A stretch of 63,889 nt of DNA, counting the filler, from Octopus bimaculoides (Eukaryota): NCBI RefSeq assembly GCF_001194135.2. It is 5 parts of 4 records of this genome, joined end to end, with 100 filler letters (N's around TTAATTAATTAA, not from the genome) between each part and the next. Parts side by side here need not be neighbours in the genome. Positions count along the whole stretch, not along the records: positions 62,597 to 63,889 come from NW_026416859.1; 4 more parts are not named here. The stretch is one strand, 5' to 3'. Below are positions 63,614-63,889 of this stretch, piece after piece (the stretch's first letter is position 1; the number at the start of each line of letters is the position of its first letter). The notes below the pieces were generated by a model that worked only from the letters and a program-made list of their open reading frames with translations, had not been told where the DNA came from and ran no database searches. Made by a program: the position numbers and the translations under genes.

Positions 63614-63665
63614 TGCATCGGCCAGCAGTCGAACCCGGATCACCTGCTTGGAAGGCAACAATATA
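63614..63665 (-). pseudogene. tRNA-Gly(TCC) remnant lacking the 5' acceptor strand and D arm
   Basis: Minus strand TTGTTGCCTTCCAAGCAGGTGATCCGGGTTCGACTGCTGGCCGATGCA has the anticodon arm with TCC (63650-63652), a T loop GTTCGA and a 3' GCCGATGCA. No complementary 5' strand is present upstream. Confidence 0.8.
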
Positions 63666-63850
63666 CTCCTTTTCAATGGAAAAAAAAACTACCTCCAAAT
63701 TCGAGGTACAGCTATGGGGACATATAACCCCCCCACCCATATATATATATATATATATATATAGCAATCCATCGATATTGGGAAAGTGAAACTATTTGTT
63801 CGGCAAGTTCCAAACAAATATATACATTTCGCCACACATCCATATATAAA

Positions 63851-63889
<39 letters not shown>

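Overview
Repeat-dense, AT-rich animal genomic DNA from a gapped draft assembly (about 9.6 kb, ~15%, is N). The repeat families and the zinc-finger leader look like an octopus genome; this is my inference from recalled repeats, not a database result. The supported genes are one intact tRNA-Gln(TTG) at 52157-52228, a 5'-truncated tRNA-Gly(TCC) remnant at 63614-63665 (-), and a C2H2 zinc-finger exon at 61433-62496. That exon has a frameshift just after its ATG leader and a near-perfect 168-bp two-finger duplication that runs into a gap. The rest is microsatellite and mobile-element debris: at least four SINE-type families, R4/Dong-like RLE retrotransposon pieces stacked in TAA repeats, RTE fragments, Tc1/mariner derivatives and MITEs, Helentron-like pieces and decayed hammerhead-like motifs. 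The most unusual structures are (1) a tandem trimer of a palindromic unit with head-to-head telomere-like repeats at 58908-59438, (2) a same-strand SINE directly behind the terminator of both tRNA loci, (3) a 5'-inverted Dong-like insertion, and (4) two mariner derivatives each built from one duplicated end. Almost all ORFs in the supplied track are microsatellite or N-gap artefacts.
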